Source: Yuukianura sp. NJ FZ-2021 (taxonomy: Eukaryota). Taken from it: a DNA stretch of 64,000 nucleotides. Below, in pieces: positions 14,701 through 28,400 of the stretch; position 1 is the stretch's first letter; each line of letters begins with the position of its first letter. The translations under genes and the position numbers were made by a program. The stretch covers positions 11,222,001 to 11,286,000 of the forward strand of contig CM102286.1 of assembly GCA_046563655.1 (NCBI GenBank), written 5' to 3'. The notes under the pieces were generated by a model, which ran no database searches, was not told the origin of the DNA, and was given only the letters and a program-made list of their open reading frames with translations.

Positions 14701-17700
14701 TAGAAGAAACAGTCGCCATTAATCTCAATTTCTACTTTCTGGCCACAAAACTTTTTACAAAAATCAATGACGGCGGTGTAAAAGTGTTGACCCAAAACTC
14801 GAACTTTGTCAGGTTTACAGGCGTTCCTTTCCTTTGTCATTTAAAGTTTCCAGCGTACAGCAGTACCTACGCTATACCTCCTCTACGGTTATGCAAAGCG
14901 CAAATGTAATTAAACAGTATATAAACATAATAAACATTGCAATAATAAAAACAGTACGTAGTTTTATGCTTCATGAACGTTTTTTTCTGGAATTTTGTTG
15001 CTTAAAAACTTGATTCTCTTAACAACCCTCATATTTTCTAATTTTTTACCTATATATTTTGGCCATATTTTGTTTCGACTCTACCACTTAGAATTACCAA
15101 CTAGATCATGTTTTGTTACGCTTTCCCAGAAGAAAATATTGTTGTTGGTCGGAGAGCAAAGTAATTGGTGGTCGTAATGCTTAATATTTCATTTCAATTC
15201 AGCTTCCCAAAAAAGTGTAATGGGAACGGAGGAAGTTATTATTGGAACTAATATAGCACCGCTTACATTTGACAGTGGCAGGAAACCATAATAGCAGCAC
15301 CCCATGTCATTCCAATCACATCTTCACATCTCACTTACCAAAATGGATTTCTCCACACTTGTACCTTCAGTGGAGGCAAAGAATTCAAAAAAGTGCAAAG
15401 GTTTCGGAGGAGAAAACAGAGAAAGTGGAGGGATCCATTACATTCATTTTGTAGGAAAGTAACGGATGGTCAGAATGTCTCACTTTGTCTTCCCTTCCAG
15501 AACCAACTAATGTAGCCAACAAAGAAATCAGAAATGAAAGGAGCTCTGTTGGTGAACATATCTCTATGTCCAACGCGGGATTGTTTATGAAGATGTTTTT
15601 ATTGGTCCAATGGCCAATTTCAGTTGGAAATATTTTTCTCCACTTTTTCTGGAACAGTGAGTGTTCTGTTGGCTACTCTCCAGTGGAAAATATTTCTAAG
15701 GGTGCTAAATGCTCCAGCAGCACCTCAGTGGTAACACTTGGTTGTTAGTTTAAAATGGTGGGCAGTAAGTGCAAAAGCCAAAGTGGACAATGCAATAAGA
15801 GCCATAACCAATGAACCCAATTTTATAAAAAATGGGACAAATAAACTACACAGTACGTTGCGGTATAACATTTCTTGGCCTAAGTTAAGTTGGGTAAAGT
15901 GGCAGACAACAAATTGTGTATTTTTTCTCCAGCTTCCGTAATTTGACTCCACAAAATCACTTTTGCTACTCTAGTTGTCCTTCTTTTGGATTGGCGCGTT
16001 TAGCACAATCCTAACTTGTTTTGGCTCCTACGACATGAAACCGTTAAGATGACATTAGTTAAAGGAGCAAAATGGTCAGCTTGGTTTCTGAACCAGGACT
16101 CGAATAAAGTCACTCTTGGTATCCATTAATGTTTTGTTTTATTGGACAGTTGGGCCACACCACAATGTCATTTCAATAACACAGCCTCCCCTCTCACCCT
16201 AAACCAATCTCTTTACGTTTAATGGCCCTAACGTTTTTGTTCAAGTTAACTGCTAAACAACTAAATTGTCGAATAACCTCCAAATAAAAGTTTTACAGAG
16301 TTGTATTATTTTGTAGGCGACAGATGATTTCAACAGCGTTGCACCATCCAGGCCTAAAATGACCATCATCACCATTTTTTTTAAAACTGCCGAGAGGGAA
16401 AGTTCAACTTTTCGAACTGTTTCTTTATTAGATTTTTACTTTTTGTAATAAAAAAATATTATAATTTCTATGATAAGAATTCAAACAAAAATGAATTTGG
16501 GAATTCCCTTGTTCAGAGAAAGGCTTGATGCTTCTAAAGACAAACATCGAAAGAAGGCGCGTAAAAAGAAGAAATGAGTGGATTGGCCATTTTGCTCATT
16601 CAGTGAACCAAAAGATCTGTGCGCTGTTTTTGTCTTGTAAACTGGGGATTTGCGTTGAAGTGAAAATATGTGGTTGAGAATCACATTTAGGCGATGGGCC
16701 TAGTCGAAAACAAGTGGTGGTGTAGAGAGGGTTTAGTTGACAGAAAGTGTCGTTGGTGTGTGGAGGAAGCATATGATTTACACCCGAGAGAAAGCAAGGG
16801 AAGGAGAAAATAGTGATCTCCCTCCTCCTGCTCCCTCTGATCCCACCTTCACTTCCCAAAACATTTCTCTTGATTAACTTTCCATTCAACGTGACACTCC
16901 CTATCTCCTAGTATGTTATTCCTTACATCCTCACAATCACACTGTAAGCCTCAAACAAAACTACACTTTCTTACAAAACACAAAGAAATCCTTTTCAACA
17001 TTCCTTCTCATCCCTCCGGATTTGTAATTAAAACATAATTGCCAAAGCAAGCAAGATTTCCACAAGTTAAGCTTCAATTTCAATCTGTAAGAAGCCAAGA
17101 ATTTTACAACAACGGCGACTTATGGTCTGCAATGCCTTTGGTTAAACATAATTTTTTTTTTTTTTACATTTTATAAAATGTAAAATTACAAATTGGATGT
17201 GCTCAGCTCGAGATCGTTTAGAAAGTAATGGGATGAACTCTAAGACAGTTGGATGTTATGATTTCGTTCTTATTTCTTTGTGGGTTTTGTTCGTTTTGTT
17301 GTGCTTCAGAAGAAAGTTAAGTTTCTGCGGGTGTAGCTAGGACCAATTTCGAGGGTTGAAATGGAAGTAAAAGTAGCACTATATATTCCTTACGGTAAAA
17401 GGCATTATTGGCTCAAAAATGAAGAGTTATGATAATTGAAGGGCTACACCACATTGTACTTGGAGTAATACGATAAAAGACATAACATTATCGTTACATT
17501 TTACAATATACTCTCAAGGCTGCTGACTGCAGATATAGTACATGTACAATTTCACCGAGTATTCCTCCCACCCGCGACCTAACATGTAGGTGGCGCAAAA
17601 CTTTCTTGTCACTGCGGCTAACTATTGCACTACTAACTTTCCTTCATTTTTTTCCGCTGCGAATATTCTATTCAGCGCGAAACTCTGCAATGGTCGTATG

Positions 17701-17761
17701 TGCCTTAGATATGGTTCACTCGCAACTTTGACTACAAATTGTTTTCAAAGTCTCCCGCCAC

Positions 17762-18922
17762 TAGGGGTCGCAAATCCGGATTTTGCATCCGGATTAATGC
17801 GCGGATTTTTACGGATTCGGATAATCCGAAATCCGGATTTTAGGCTACTGAATCCGGATTTTGAGAGTAAAATTGGGGCAAATTGGAGGGCCGGTAAAAC
17901 TAGAATTTTACTTGCGTTTAAGATTAGGATGGACAGATTCACTTATACGTTACTTGGTGCATTTATTTCCTGATTTTAGTCGCTCTGAGCATTAGCATAC
18001 GCTGCTCCATCCCGAGAGTTTGCTTTCGGACCAAAACAGGACCCTTCCTCCAGAAAACATAGGTTTTCTGGAAGACAAGTTAACTTTGACGGCAACACGG
18101 TTATTTTCGTCAAGGTAATTGTTCAAAAAAGTGTGGTCGAGCGTGAAATTAGAATATTACGTGGTGAGAATCCGGTATAAGAAATGTCTCACCCACTATT
18201 TATCAAATTTGAATCGCAGTGATTCGCGAGTTAGGTTTTTTAAGCATCGGAATTCTGAGGATTAGACACTTGGTACTCAATTCTCAGTCGTTGCCATGTC
18301 TACAAAACGTTATTTGGGGTTATTTTTATTGACCTGCTGTCTCTCCTTAAAAAGAGTGTTACTTGGTTCTTTTTTTCTGAGGGATCTCTGTGGTAGTGCA
18401 AGTTAACTTTGAGATTATTTAAGGTAATTGTTCAAACGAGCGTGAAATTAGAATGTGGTGAGAATCCGGTATAGGTTGGAGTGACTATTTATCAGAATCC
18501 TAGGTTAGGTTTTCCAAGCATCGGAATTCTGAGGATTAGACACTTTCTGACCAAATCACATGGAACCGAATTCACGGGCATTTAACTTATTTCATCAGAG
18601 TAAAAAACGAATAAAGGTCATTGTTTCCAGGATGAGTATTCCAGAAGTACTCATAACTGGAGCTTCCACCAGCTCACACAATAGGGTCAAAGGACCACAA
18701 GACAGAAATTTTGTTTGGAATTATTTTATAACGAATGACACTAAAAAATCTGCAATAAATTCCCCTGAAAATAAAATTGTTGTGAACAGCAGTAAGCGTT
18801 GTTTCTATTCGATTCAATAATATATTCTTGAAATCCGAATCCGGTGCCGGATTTGGAGCTGAGAAATCCGAAAAAATCCGAAATCCGGATTTTAGCAAGA
18901 ACCTCCGGATTTGCGACCCCTA
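17762..18922. mobile_element. Non-autonomous hAT-superfamily DNA transposon
   Basis: Perfect 19-bp TIR TAGGGGTCGCAAATCCGGA / TCCGGATTTGCGACCCCTA. Perfect 8-bp TSD CCCGCCAC (17754-17761 and 18923-18930). Clustered subterminal AATCCG(G) repeats at both ends. No transposase ORF. Confidence 0.92.
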
Positions 18923-19092
18923 CCCGCCACATTTGACCTGCAGAAGATTTTTCTTGTTATTCGATTTAACTGAAAGTAGCATTATCATGCAAAACGTCTA
19001 GCCTAAAAATGAAGCAACTTTAGTCTCGTGTGAGAACGAAGCCGTACTTCCTGACCTTAGATTCAAACGAATTCGACGATTACTATTGTAAG

Positions 19093-19392
19093 CAAGGCTC
19101 CTTGACAACGAAAAGTTAATTTTCTTTAACAGGTTGGATACTACCTCGCTTGTTGACAAAAACAAAAACAAAACAACCAAAAATTTAATTTAGTACCAAT
19201 CCAAAAAATTGGTAACAATTCGTATACAAAATTTAAAATCAGTAAATCAGTAATCAGTATCATAAAATCAGCTGTATTTGTTATGAATAGGATACCCCGA
19301 AATGAAAAGAGACACTTTTTTTTCGCAAAATCAAAAAAAAAAACATGAGGTATTACCCAACCTGTTGAAGAAAATTAAGCCAACAAACCTAG
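19093..19392 (+). mobile_element. P-element-like MITE copy
   Basis: Ends caagg / cctag. 8-bp TSD attgtaag/attttaag (1 mismatch). Inner IR aacaggttggatactacctc / gaggtattacccaacctgtt. Confidence 0.7.
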
Positions 19393-20167
19393 ATTTTAAG
19401 GCTGTTACCGTGTTTAATATTTCTAATCGACTAACGATAAGAGCTGTGTACGCATTGTAGCGCAGAAAATTGTCTACGTAAAGCTTGCTAAAATAATAGT
19501 TATGAAATGATTTCCGATGAACATAGTTTCGGTACACTATTATTCTATAATTCAGTCTATAAAAAATAGGTTTTGTTCATGTGGAGCAACGATACTAACA
19601 AATTCGAGACGGCGATCGAGCAAGGATTGAGAAGAGAAATGGGATGCGATTTGCCAGTTGGTGAAGACGTGGATTCCGTGGTTCTCATCTTTACCCCTGG
19701 ATTTAACCCTGTCTCCAGCCAGGGAAAGGAGCTTCTTCCATCTTCTATCCGTCGTTTTGTCACATGAAATATTGAAGGGACACCAGGGGATGGATGTGGA
19801 GCTCATGAATAATTCGATACACCTTGTCGATTCCTCAGTTCAATTCTTCCTCCGCAAAATATTCTAAGGTATTGATTACAGTAGACCTTCTCAAATTACA
19901 ATAACATTTTTTTCCTACGCGGAACACTGTATAACCATTTTTTAAAGAAAGGTCAACTTTAATTGAATCAATTATTGGCGTTGTTGATGCAATACCTCCG
20001 ACGCCATGTAATCAGAATGCTGCGGTAGTCGATAGCAAATTCGAAAAATCAGCGTTACAATATAAGTGTTTAACGCACATAATGCTTCCTTAGAGTTGGC
20101 AGTCGTTCTAACAGTGATTGAATCTACGAAGCGATACACTGATCAGTACACATAACTTAAGAAAAAC

Positions 20168-20423
20168 CAAGGTGGGTAAACAAAAAAAAACAAATTGTTT
20201 ATTCTACATCAGGTTATCCAGTAGGTCGATGTTTTTAATTTTCTCAAATAATTTGCAAAACTTGCGTCGCCGTGCCTTTCTATGGTAATGATTTGTATGT
20301 AATTTAATAGGAATTGGGGGAAAATTGGGGGAAAAAATTGTTTGAAGGAAGATTTTTTCAAACCCCGAACTACTGGATAACCTCTTGTAGACTATTTGTA
20401 GATTGGTTGCTATAGTAACCTTG
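20168..20423. mobile_element. P-element-like MITE copy
   Basis: Ends caagg / ccttg. Perfect 8-bp TSD AGAAAAAC (20160-20167, 20424-20431). Inner IR aggttatccagtag / ctactggataacct. Confidence 0.75.
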
Positions 20424-20479
20424 AGAAAAACATTCGTGAATTGTATCAGGATTGAGTTGTTTATTCATTTTTCATGACG

Positions 20480-21171
20480 CTGCATCGACTCCAGAGACCA
20501 AAAATTAATTTCGAAGAAGAAAAACAAAGAAAAAGTTTCAGAGAATGTGTACGACATCCTCGTTGAGCCAACAAAATACGTTACTTTCACCAGTGAGTTC
20601 TTAGAATTTGTGTGCGGCTTTATCAAATCCAAATCCTTCTTCAAATTTCACCTATTTTGTAGTCTTCACAGGTCTGAACATCAGTTACGCTAGATACAAT
20701 TCTAATGTTTTGGACAATGACACGAACTGGTGCTTTGAAATTTTAGATAGAGATGATGCCGGTTGCATCATGCAGGTAGGGCCTCAAAATACCCTGAAAT
20801 GACCTCCGATTTTTTTCTTGATTCAATGTCAAATGGAGAGAACGCGCAAAAAGTTGAAAAATTTCACAAGTTTTTTTTAAAAATACTAATGACATGCTTC
20901 CGATCCAAGATTTGTGCAAAAAATTTCAAGAATGAGCTGTTGAATGTTTGGTGTCGCCTTAAAATAACATCACTCTGTGTTTCTTCGTTTTGTTCCTAAA
21001 TGACTCTTTTTCTAGAACAAATTTTCAGCAAAATTGTTCATACCGAGAAGGATTGATTTGAAGGATAGCAGAGGCGTTCAAAAATTTTTTATGGGTTCCA
21101 CTTTCATTCAGTTGTTGAAATGGGCTGCGCAGCCTAGTCAAGCATACCGACTCCACCTTTCTATGCCCTGA
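20480..21171 (+). pseudogene. Possible spliced gene fragment or pseudogene of unknown family
   Basis: Three phase-compatible exon-like segments (..20592, 20663-20775, 21016-21171) with gtgagt/gtaggg donors and ttgtag/ttctag acceptors give ..ENVYDILVEPTKYVTFTIFTGLNISYARYNSNVLDNDTNWCFEILDRDDAGCIMQNKFSAKLFIPRRIDLKDSRGVQKFFMGSTFIQLLKWAAQPSQAYRLHLSMP*. No start codon or domain recognised. Confidence 0.3.
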
Positions 21172-21899
21172 TGCATTAGATTCTTGTAGTACACAGCTTT
21201 TAGATAGAGCCCGTTGCAAAAGTATTTGTGAACCTTTGCTTCATGAAGTTTCAAATTGAAACTTTCAATTCAATTGGCTGATGGATTCAATCTGGTGAAA
21301 TTAAACATGGGCATCATTTTACGCTTGGTTGTATCAAAGCAAAGCAATTGAGCCAATTTTAGCACTAATTCTTAATTCTTAGTACAAAATTCATGAGTTG
21401 ATTTTAAGCTTTGCCTCGATCAAAAAGTGTTAATTAAAATGTAGGAACTATATGCTTAAACGCAATCTACAATAAACCTGCCTTCGGAATTGATGTTTTT
21501 CAAACTGGACAGTAAGTAAGTTTTAGTGGACTCCAGTAAGTTTTAAATGAAGTTTTGAAAATCCAGTCCTGGTGAAAGTTGGACCCAATATGAGAGGATG
21601 TTATTGTTAATTTTTTTTTAAATATTAGAGGTGATATTCGAGCATTTAGGGAGAAGTGGTCATCATTTGGTTAGATAGGTGTGAACTTTGTCCTCATCAG
21701 CGCCGCCACAGGGCCAACAGTGGAAGCAGCTACAGTTGAACTGTTGCCAAAACTAAACCCAACTGAAATCAAGGGAGGGCAGCATTTGCGAAAAACTTGC
21801 TCTCAAAATCCGAACGAAAGAGACGTTCTCAAAGCGTGTTCCTTCGGATTCTTTCGAAAATGAATGCTCAAAGACATTCAAGTGCATCTTATTCCTAGT

Positions 21900-22200
21900 G
21901 TATGGAGGGGCAATAACGACTTTCACTAATAATTATTTTTATCTTATAATTAAAAATTTTTTCCTTAAAACAAAAAAAAAGCTTACAAAAAGAAAAAAAA
22001 AGTTTTGAAAAAAATTTTTTTTTGTATTTAAATTTTTTTTTTCATATGAAGATCTTTTGTTTTATTTTATTTGTGAACCTTAATTTAAAATATTTAAAAT
22101 ATAAAATATTTAAAATATTTAAGAAATAGTTTTTGTACTTATATTTTTCTAAATTAGAAATATTTTTTATATGTAAAAAAAAGTTCTTTAAAAAAATACT
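21900..22200 (+). repeat. Left long terminal inverted repeat (AT-rich)
   Basis: Inverted match to 44520-44730, with roughly 90 bp of extra AT-rich sequence in the left copy. Confidence 0.85.
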
Positions 22201-22481
22201 TTCTAGTTTTTTCGTATGAAAAAAATACTTCATTTTTGGCGGAAGAAATATAAACGTAGAAATATATAACGAAGAAATATAAACACAGTGAAAAAACTTT
22301 TCAAAGGAAAAAAAGGGAAAAAAAATCTTTTGGATTGTGTCGTCATAAGCCAGGATTCCGTGGTCACTTGTGTTCTACCAATTGCATACCACGCGGGTCC
22401 ACTGTTGCCGGTTTTGGAATTCATAGAGGACCACGCCGTCGACAAGGCAGTTTTTTCTCGTGCCTGGGAGCAGGGGGTAAG

Positions 22482-25400
22482 ATTGTAGAAGGAATACAAT
22501 ACCTTGACCCGGATCTGAAAGAGCGTCCTCCATACCGCTGAGATCCAGCATATTCATGTTCGCATTATTAAGTTAAAACTACACAACTATGTCTAGATAT
22601 GACCACAATGGCCATGAAAAGTTACCTCTCAGTTGTAGATGGAATACATTACCTTGACCCGGATCTGAAAGAGCGTCCTCCATACCGCTGAGATCCAGCA
22701 TATTCATGTTCGCATTATTAAGTTAAAACTACACAACTATGTCTAGATATGACCACAATGGCCCTGAAAACTTACGTCTCAGTTGCAGCTGAAATACATT
22801 ACCTTGACCTGGATCTGGAAGAGCGTCCTCCATGCCGCTGAGATCCAGCATATTCATGTTGGCATTATTAAGTTAAAACTACACAACTATGTCTAGATAT
22901 GACCACAATGGCCCTGAAAAGTTACGTCTCAGATGTAGCTGAAATTCATTACCATGACCTGGATCTGGAAGTACGTCCTCCATGCCGCTGAGATCCAGCA
23001 TATTCATGTTCGCGTTATTAAGTTAAAACTACACAACTATGTCTACATATGACCACAATGGCCCTGAAAAGTTACGTCTCAGGTGTGGCTGAAATACATT
23101 ACCTTGACCTGGATCTGGAAGAGCGTCCTCCATGCCGCTTAGATCCAGCATATTCATGTTCGCATTATTAAGTTAAAACTACACAACTATTTATAGATAT
23201 GACCACAATGGCCCTGAAAAGTTACGTCTCAGTTGCAGCTGAAATACATTACCTTGACCTGGATCTGAAAGAGCGTCCTCCATGCCGCTTAGATCCAGCA
23301 TATTCATGTTCGCATTTTTAAGTTACACCTGCACAACTATTTATAGATATGACAACAGTGGCCCTGAAAAGTTACGTCTCAGTTGTGGCTGAATTACATT
23401 ACCTTGACCTGGATCTGGAAGAGCGTCCTCCATGCCGCTTAGATCCAGCATATTCGTGTTCGCATTATTAAGTTAAAACTACACAACTATGTCTAGATAT
23501 GACCACAATGGCCCTGAAAAGTTACGTCTCAGATGCAGCTGAAATTCATTACCTTGACCTGGATCTGGAAGTACGTCCTCCATGCCGCTGAGATCCAGCA
23601 TATTCATGTTCGCATTATTAAGTTAAAACTACACAACTATTTATAGATATGACCACAATGGCCCTGAAAAGTTACGTCTCAGTTGCAGGTGAAATACATT
23701 ACCTTGACCTGGATCTGGAAGAGCGTCCTCCATGCCGCTTAGATCCAGCATATTCAAGTTCGCATTATTAAGTTAAAACTACACAACTATGTCTACATAT
23801 GACCACAATGGCCCTGAAAAGTTACGTCTCAGTTGTGGCTGAAATACATTACCTTGACCTGGATCTGGAAGAGCGTCCTCCATGCCGCTGAGATCCAGCA
23901 TATTCATGTTGGCATTATTAAGTTAAAACTACACAACTATGTCTAGATATGACCACAATGGCCCTGAAAAGTTACGTCTCAGATGTAGCTGAAATTCATT
24001 ACCTTGACCTGGATCTGGAAGTACGTCCTCCATGCCGCTGAGATCCAGCATATTCATGTTCGCGTTATTAAGTTAAAACTACACAACTATGTCTACATAT
24101 GACCACAATGGCCCTGAAAAGTTACGTCTCAGGTGTGGCTGAAATACATTACCTTGACCTGGATCTGGAAGAGCGTCCTCCATGCCGCTTAGATCCAGCA
24201 TATTCATGTTCGCATTATTAAGTTAAAACTACACAACTATTTATAGATATGACCACAATGGCCCTGAAAAGTTACGTCTCAGTTGCAGCTGAAATACATT
24301 ACCTTGACCTGGATCTGAAAGAGCGTCCTCCATGCCGCTTAGATCCAGCATATTCATGTTCGCATTTTTAAGTTACACCTGCACAACTATTTATAGATAT
24401 GACAACAGTGGCCCTGAAAAGTTACGTCTCAGTTGTGGCTGAATTACATTACCTTGACCTGGATCTGGAAGAGCGTCCTCCATGCCGCTTAGATCCAGCA
24501 TATTCGTGTTCGCATTATTAAGTTAAAACTACACAACTATGTCTAGATATGACCACAATGGCCCTGAAAAGTTACGTCTCAGATGCAGCTGAAATTCATT
24601 ACCTTGACCTGGATCTGGAAGTACGTCCTCCATGCCGCTGAGATCCAGCATATTCATGTTCGCATTATTAAGTTAAAACTACACAACTATTTATAGATAT
24701 GACCACAATGGCCCTGAAAAGTTACGTCTCAGTTGCAGGTGAAATACATTACCTTGACCTGGATCTGGAAGAGCGTCCTCCATGCCGCTTAGATCCAGCA
24801 TATTCAAGTTCGCATTATTAAGTTAAAACTACACAACTATGTCTACATATGACCACAATGGCCCTGAAAAGTTACGTCTCAGTTGTGGCTGAAATACATT
24901 ACCTTGACCTGGATCTGGAAGAGCGTCCTCCATGCCGCTTAGTTCCAGCATATTCATGTTCGCATTATTAAGTTAAAACTACACAACTATGTCTAGATAT
25001 GACCACAATGGCCCTGAAAAGTTACGTCTCAGATGTAGCTGAAATTCATTACCTTGACCTGGATCTGGAAGTACGTCCTCCATGCCGCTGAGATCCAGCA
25101 TATTCATGTTCGCATTATTAAGTTAAAACTACACAACTATTTATAGATATGACCACAATGGCCCTGAAAAGTTACGTCTCAGTTGCAGGTGAAATACATT
25201 ACCTTGACCTGGATCTGGAAGAGCGTCCTCCATGCCGCTTAGATCCAGCATATTCAAGTTCGCATTATTAAGTTAAAACTACACAACTATGTCTACATAT
25301 GACCACAATGGCCCTGAAAAGTAACGTCTCAGTTGTGGCTGAAATACATTACCTTGACCTGGATCTGGAAGAGCGTCCTCCATGCCGCTTAGTTCCAGCA

Positions 25401-28400
25401 TATTCATGTTCGCATTATTAAGTTAAAACTACACAACTATGTCTAGATATGACCACAATGGCCCTGAAAAGTTACCTCTCAGATGTAGCTGAAATTCATT
25501 ACCTTGACCTGGATCTGGAAGTACGTCCTCCATGCCGCTGAGATCCAGCATATTCATGTTCGCATTATTAAGTTAAAACTACACAACTATGTCTACATAT
25601 GACCACAATGGCCCTGAAAAGTTACGTCTCAGTTGTGGCTGAAATACATTACCTTGACCTGGATCTGGAAGAGCGTCCTCCATGCCGCTTAGATCCAGCA
25701 TATTCATGTTCGCATTATTAAGTTAAAACTCCATTAACCATGCCCACAATGGCCCTGAAAAGTTACGTCTCAGTTGCAGCTGAAATACATTACCTTGACC
25801 TGGATCTGGAAGAGCGTCCTCCATGCCGCTTAGATCCAGCATATTCATGTTCGCATTTTTAAGTTACACCTGCACAACTATTTATAGATATGACCACAAT
25901 GGCCCTGAAAAGTTACGTCTCAGTTGTAGCTGAAATACATTACCTTGACCTGGATCTGGAAGAGCGTCCTCCATGCCGCTTAGATCCAGCATATTCATGT
26001 TCGCATTATTAAGTTAAAACTACACAACTATTTGTAGATATGACCACAATGGCCCTGAAAAGTTACGTCTCAGTTGTGGCTGAAATACATTACCTTGACC
26101 TGGATCTGGAAGAGCGTCCTCCATGCCGCTTAGATCCAGCATATTCATGTTCGCATTATTAAGTTAAAACTACACAACTATGTCTAGATATGACCACAAT
26201 GGCCCTGAAAAGTTACGTCTCAGATGCAGCTGAAATTCATTACCTTGACCTGGATCTGGAAGTACGTCCTCCATGCCGCTGAGATCCAGCATATTCATGT
26301 TCGCATTATTAAGTTAAAACTACACAACTATGTCTAGATATGACCACAATGGCCCTGAAAAGTTACGTCTCAGATGCAGCTGAAATTCATTACCTTGACC
26401 TGGATCTGGAAGTACGTCCTCCATGCCGCTGAGATCCAGCATATTCATGTTCGCATTATTAAGTTAAAACTACAGAACTATTTATAGATATGACCACAAT
26501 GGCCCTGAAAAGTTACGTCTCAGTTGCAGGTGAAATACATTACCTTGACCTGGATCTGGAAGAGCGTCCTCCATGCCGCTTAGATCCAGCATATTCATGT
26601 TCGCATTATTAAGTTAAAACTACACAACTATGTCTACATATGACCACAATGGCCCTGAAAAGTTACGTCTCAGTTGTGGCTGAAATACATTACCTTGACC
26701 TGGATCTGGAAGAGCGTCCTCCATGCCGCTTAGATCCAGCATATTCATGTTCGCATTATTAAGTTAAAACTCCATTAACCATGCCCACAATGGCCCTGAA
26801 AAGTTACGTCTCAGTTGCAGCTGAAATACATTACCTTGACCTGGATCTGGAAGAGCGTCCTCCATGCCGCTTAGATCCAGCATATTCATGTTCGCATTTT
26901 TAAGTTACACCTGCACAACTATTTATAGATATGACCACAATGGCCCTGAAAAGTTACGTCTCAGTTGTAGCTGAAATACATTACCTTGACCTGGATCTGG
27001 AAGAGCGTCCTCCATGCCGCTTAGATCCAGCATATTCATGTTCGCATTATTAAGTTAAAACTACACAACTATTTGTAGATATGACCACAATGGCCCTGAA
27101 AAGTTACGTCTCAGTTGTGGCTGAAATACATTACCTTGACCTGGATCTGGAAGAGCGTCCTCCATGCCGCTTAGATCCAGCATATTCATGTTCGCATTAT
27201 TAAGTTAAAACTACACAACTATGTCTAGATATGACCACAATGGCCCTGAAAAGTTACGTCTCAGATGCAGCTGAAATTCATTACCTTGACCTGGATCTGG
27301 AAGTACGTCCTCCATGCCGCTGAGATCCAGCATATTCATGTTCGCATTATTAAGTTAAAACTACACAACTATGTCTAGATATGACCACAATGGCCCTGAA
27401 AAGTTACGTCTCAGATGCAGCTGAAATTCATTACCTTGACCTGGATCTGGAAGTACGTCCTCCATGCCGCTGAGATCCAGCATATTCATGTTCGCATTAT
27501 TAAGTTAAAACTACAGAACTATTTATAGATATGACCACAATGGCCCTGAAAAGTTACGTCTCAGTTGCAGGTGAAATACATTACCTTGACCTGGATCTGG
27601 AAGAGCGTCCTCCATGCCGCTTAGATCCAGCATATTCATGTTCGCATTATTAAGTTAAAACTACACAACTATGTCTACATATGACCACAATGGCCCTGAA
27701 AAGTTACGTCTCAGTTGTGGCTGAAATACATTACCTTGACCTGGATCTGGAAGAGCGTCCTCCATGCCGCTTAGATCCAGCATATTCATGTTCGCATTTT
27801 TAAGTTACACCTGCACAACTATTTATAGATATGACCACAATGGCCCTGAAAAGTTACGTCTCAGTTGTAGCTGAAATACATTACCTTGACCTGGATCTGG
27901 AAGAGCGTCCTCCATGCCGCTTAGATCCAGCATATTCATGTTCGCATTATTAAGTTAAAACTCCATTAACCATGTCCACAATGGCCCTGAAAAGTTACGT
28001 CTCAGTTGCAGCTGAAATACATTACCTTGACCTGGATCTGGAAGAGCGTCCTCCATGCCGCTTAGATCCAGCATATTCATGTTCGCATTTTTAAGTTACA
28101 CCTGCACAACTATTTATAATATGACCACAATGGCCCTGAAAAGTTACGTCTCAGTTGCAGCTGAAATACATTACCTTGACCTGGATCTGGAAGAGCGTCC
28201 TCCATGCCGCTTAGATCCAGCATATTCATGTTCGCATTATTAAGTTAAAACTACACAACTATTTGTAGATATGACCACAATGGCCCTGAAAAGTTACGTC
28301 TCAGTTGTGGCTGAAATACATTACCTTGACCTGGATCTGGAAGAGCGTCCTCCATGCCGCTTAGATCCAGCATATTCATGTTCGCATTTTTAAGCTACAC

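Noticed and set aside
15250..15960. Cluster of 60-87 aa ORFs including a hydrophobic stretch
   Set aside because: Frames are interrupted by stops, with no splice-consistent model or known motif.
19552..19870. GC-richer island with overlapping short ORFs
   Set aside because: No recognisable domain or consistent splice structure. It may be a pseudo-exon but cannot be supported.
20776..20963. Possible TTAA-specific (Kolobok-like) MITE ending ggtgtcgcc|ttaa
   Set aside because: Only one end is visible and no matching inverted terminus was found.
22910..22950. Hammerhead ribozyme in the satellite monomer (CTGAAAA-stem-GAAA)
   Set aside because: The core lacks the essential G8 (CUGANGA), stem II is out of register with the core, and no stem III/UH cleavage site can be formed.
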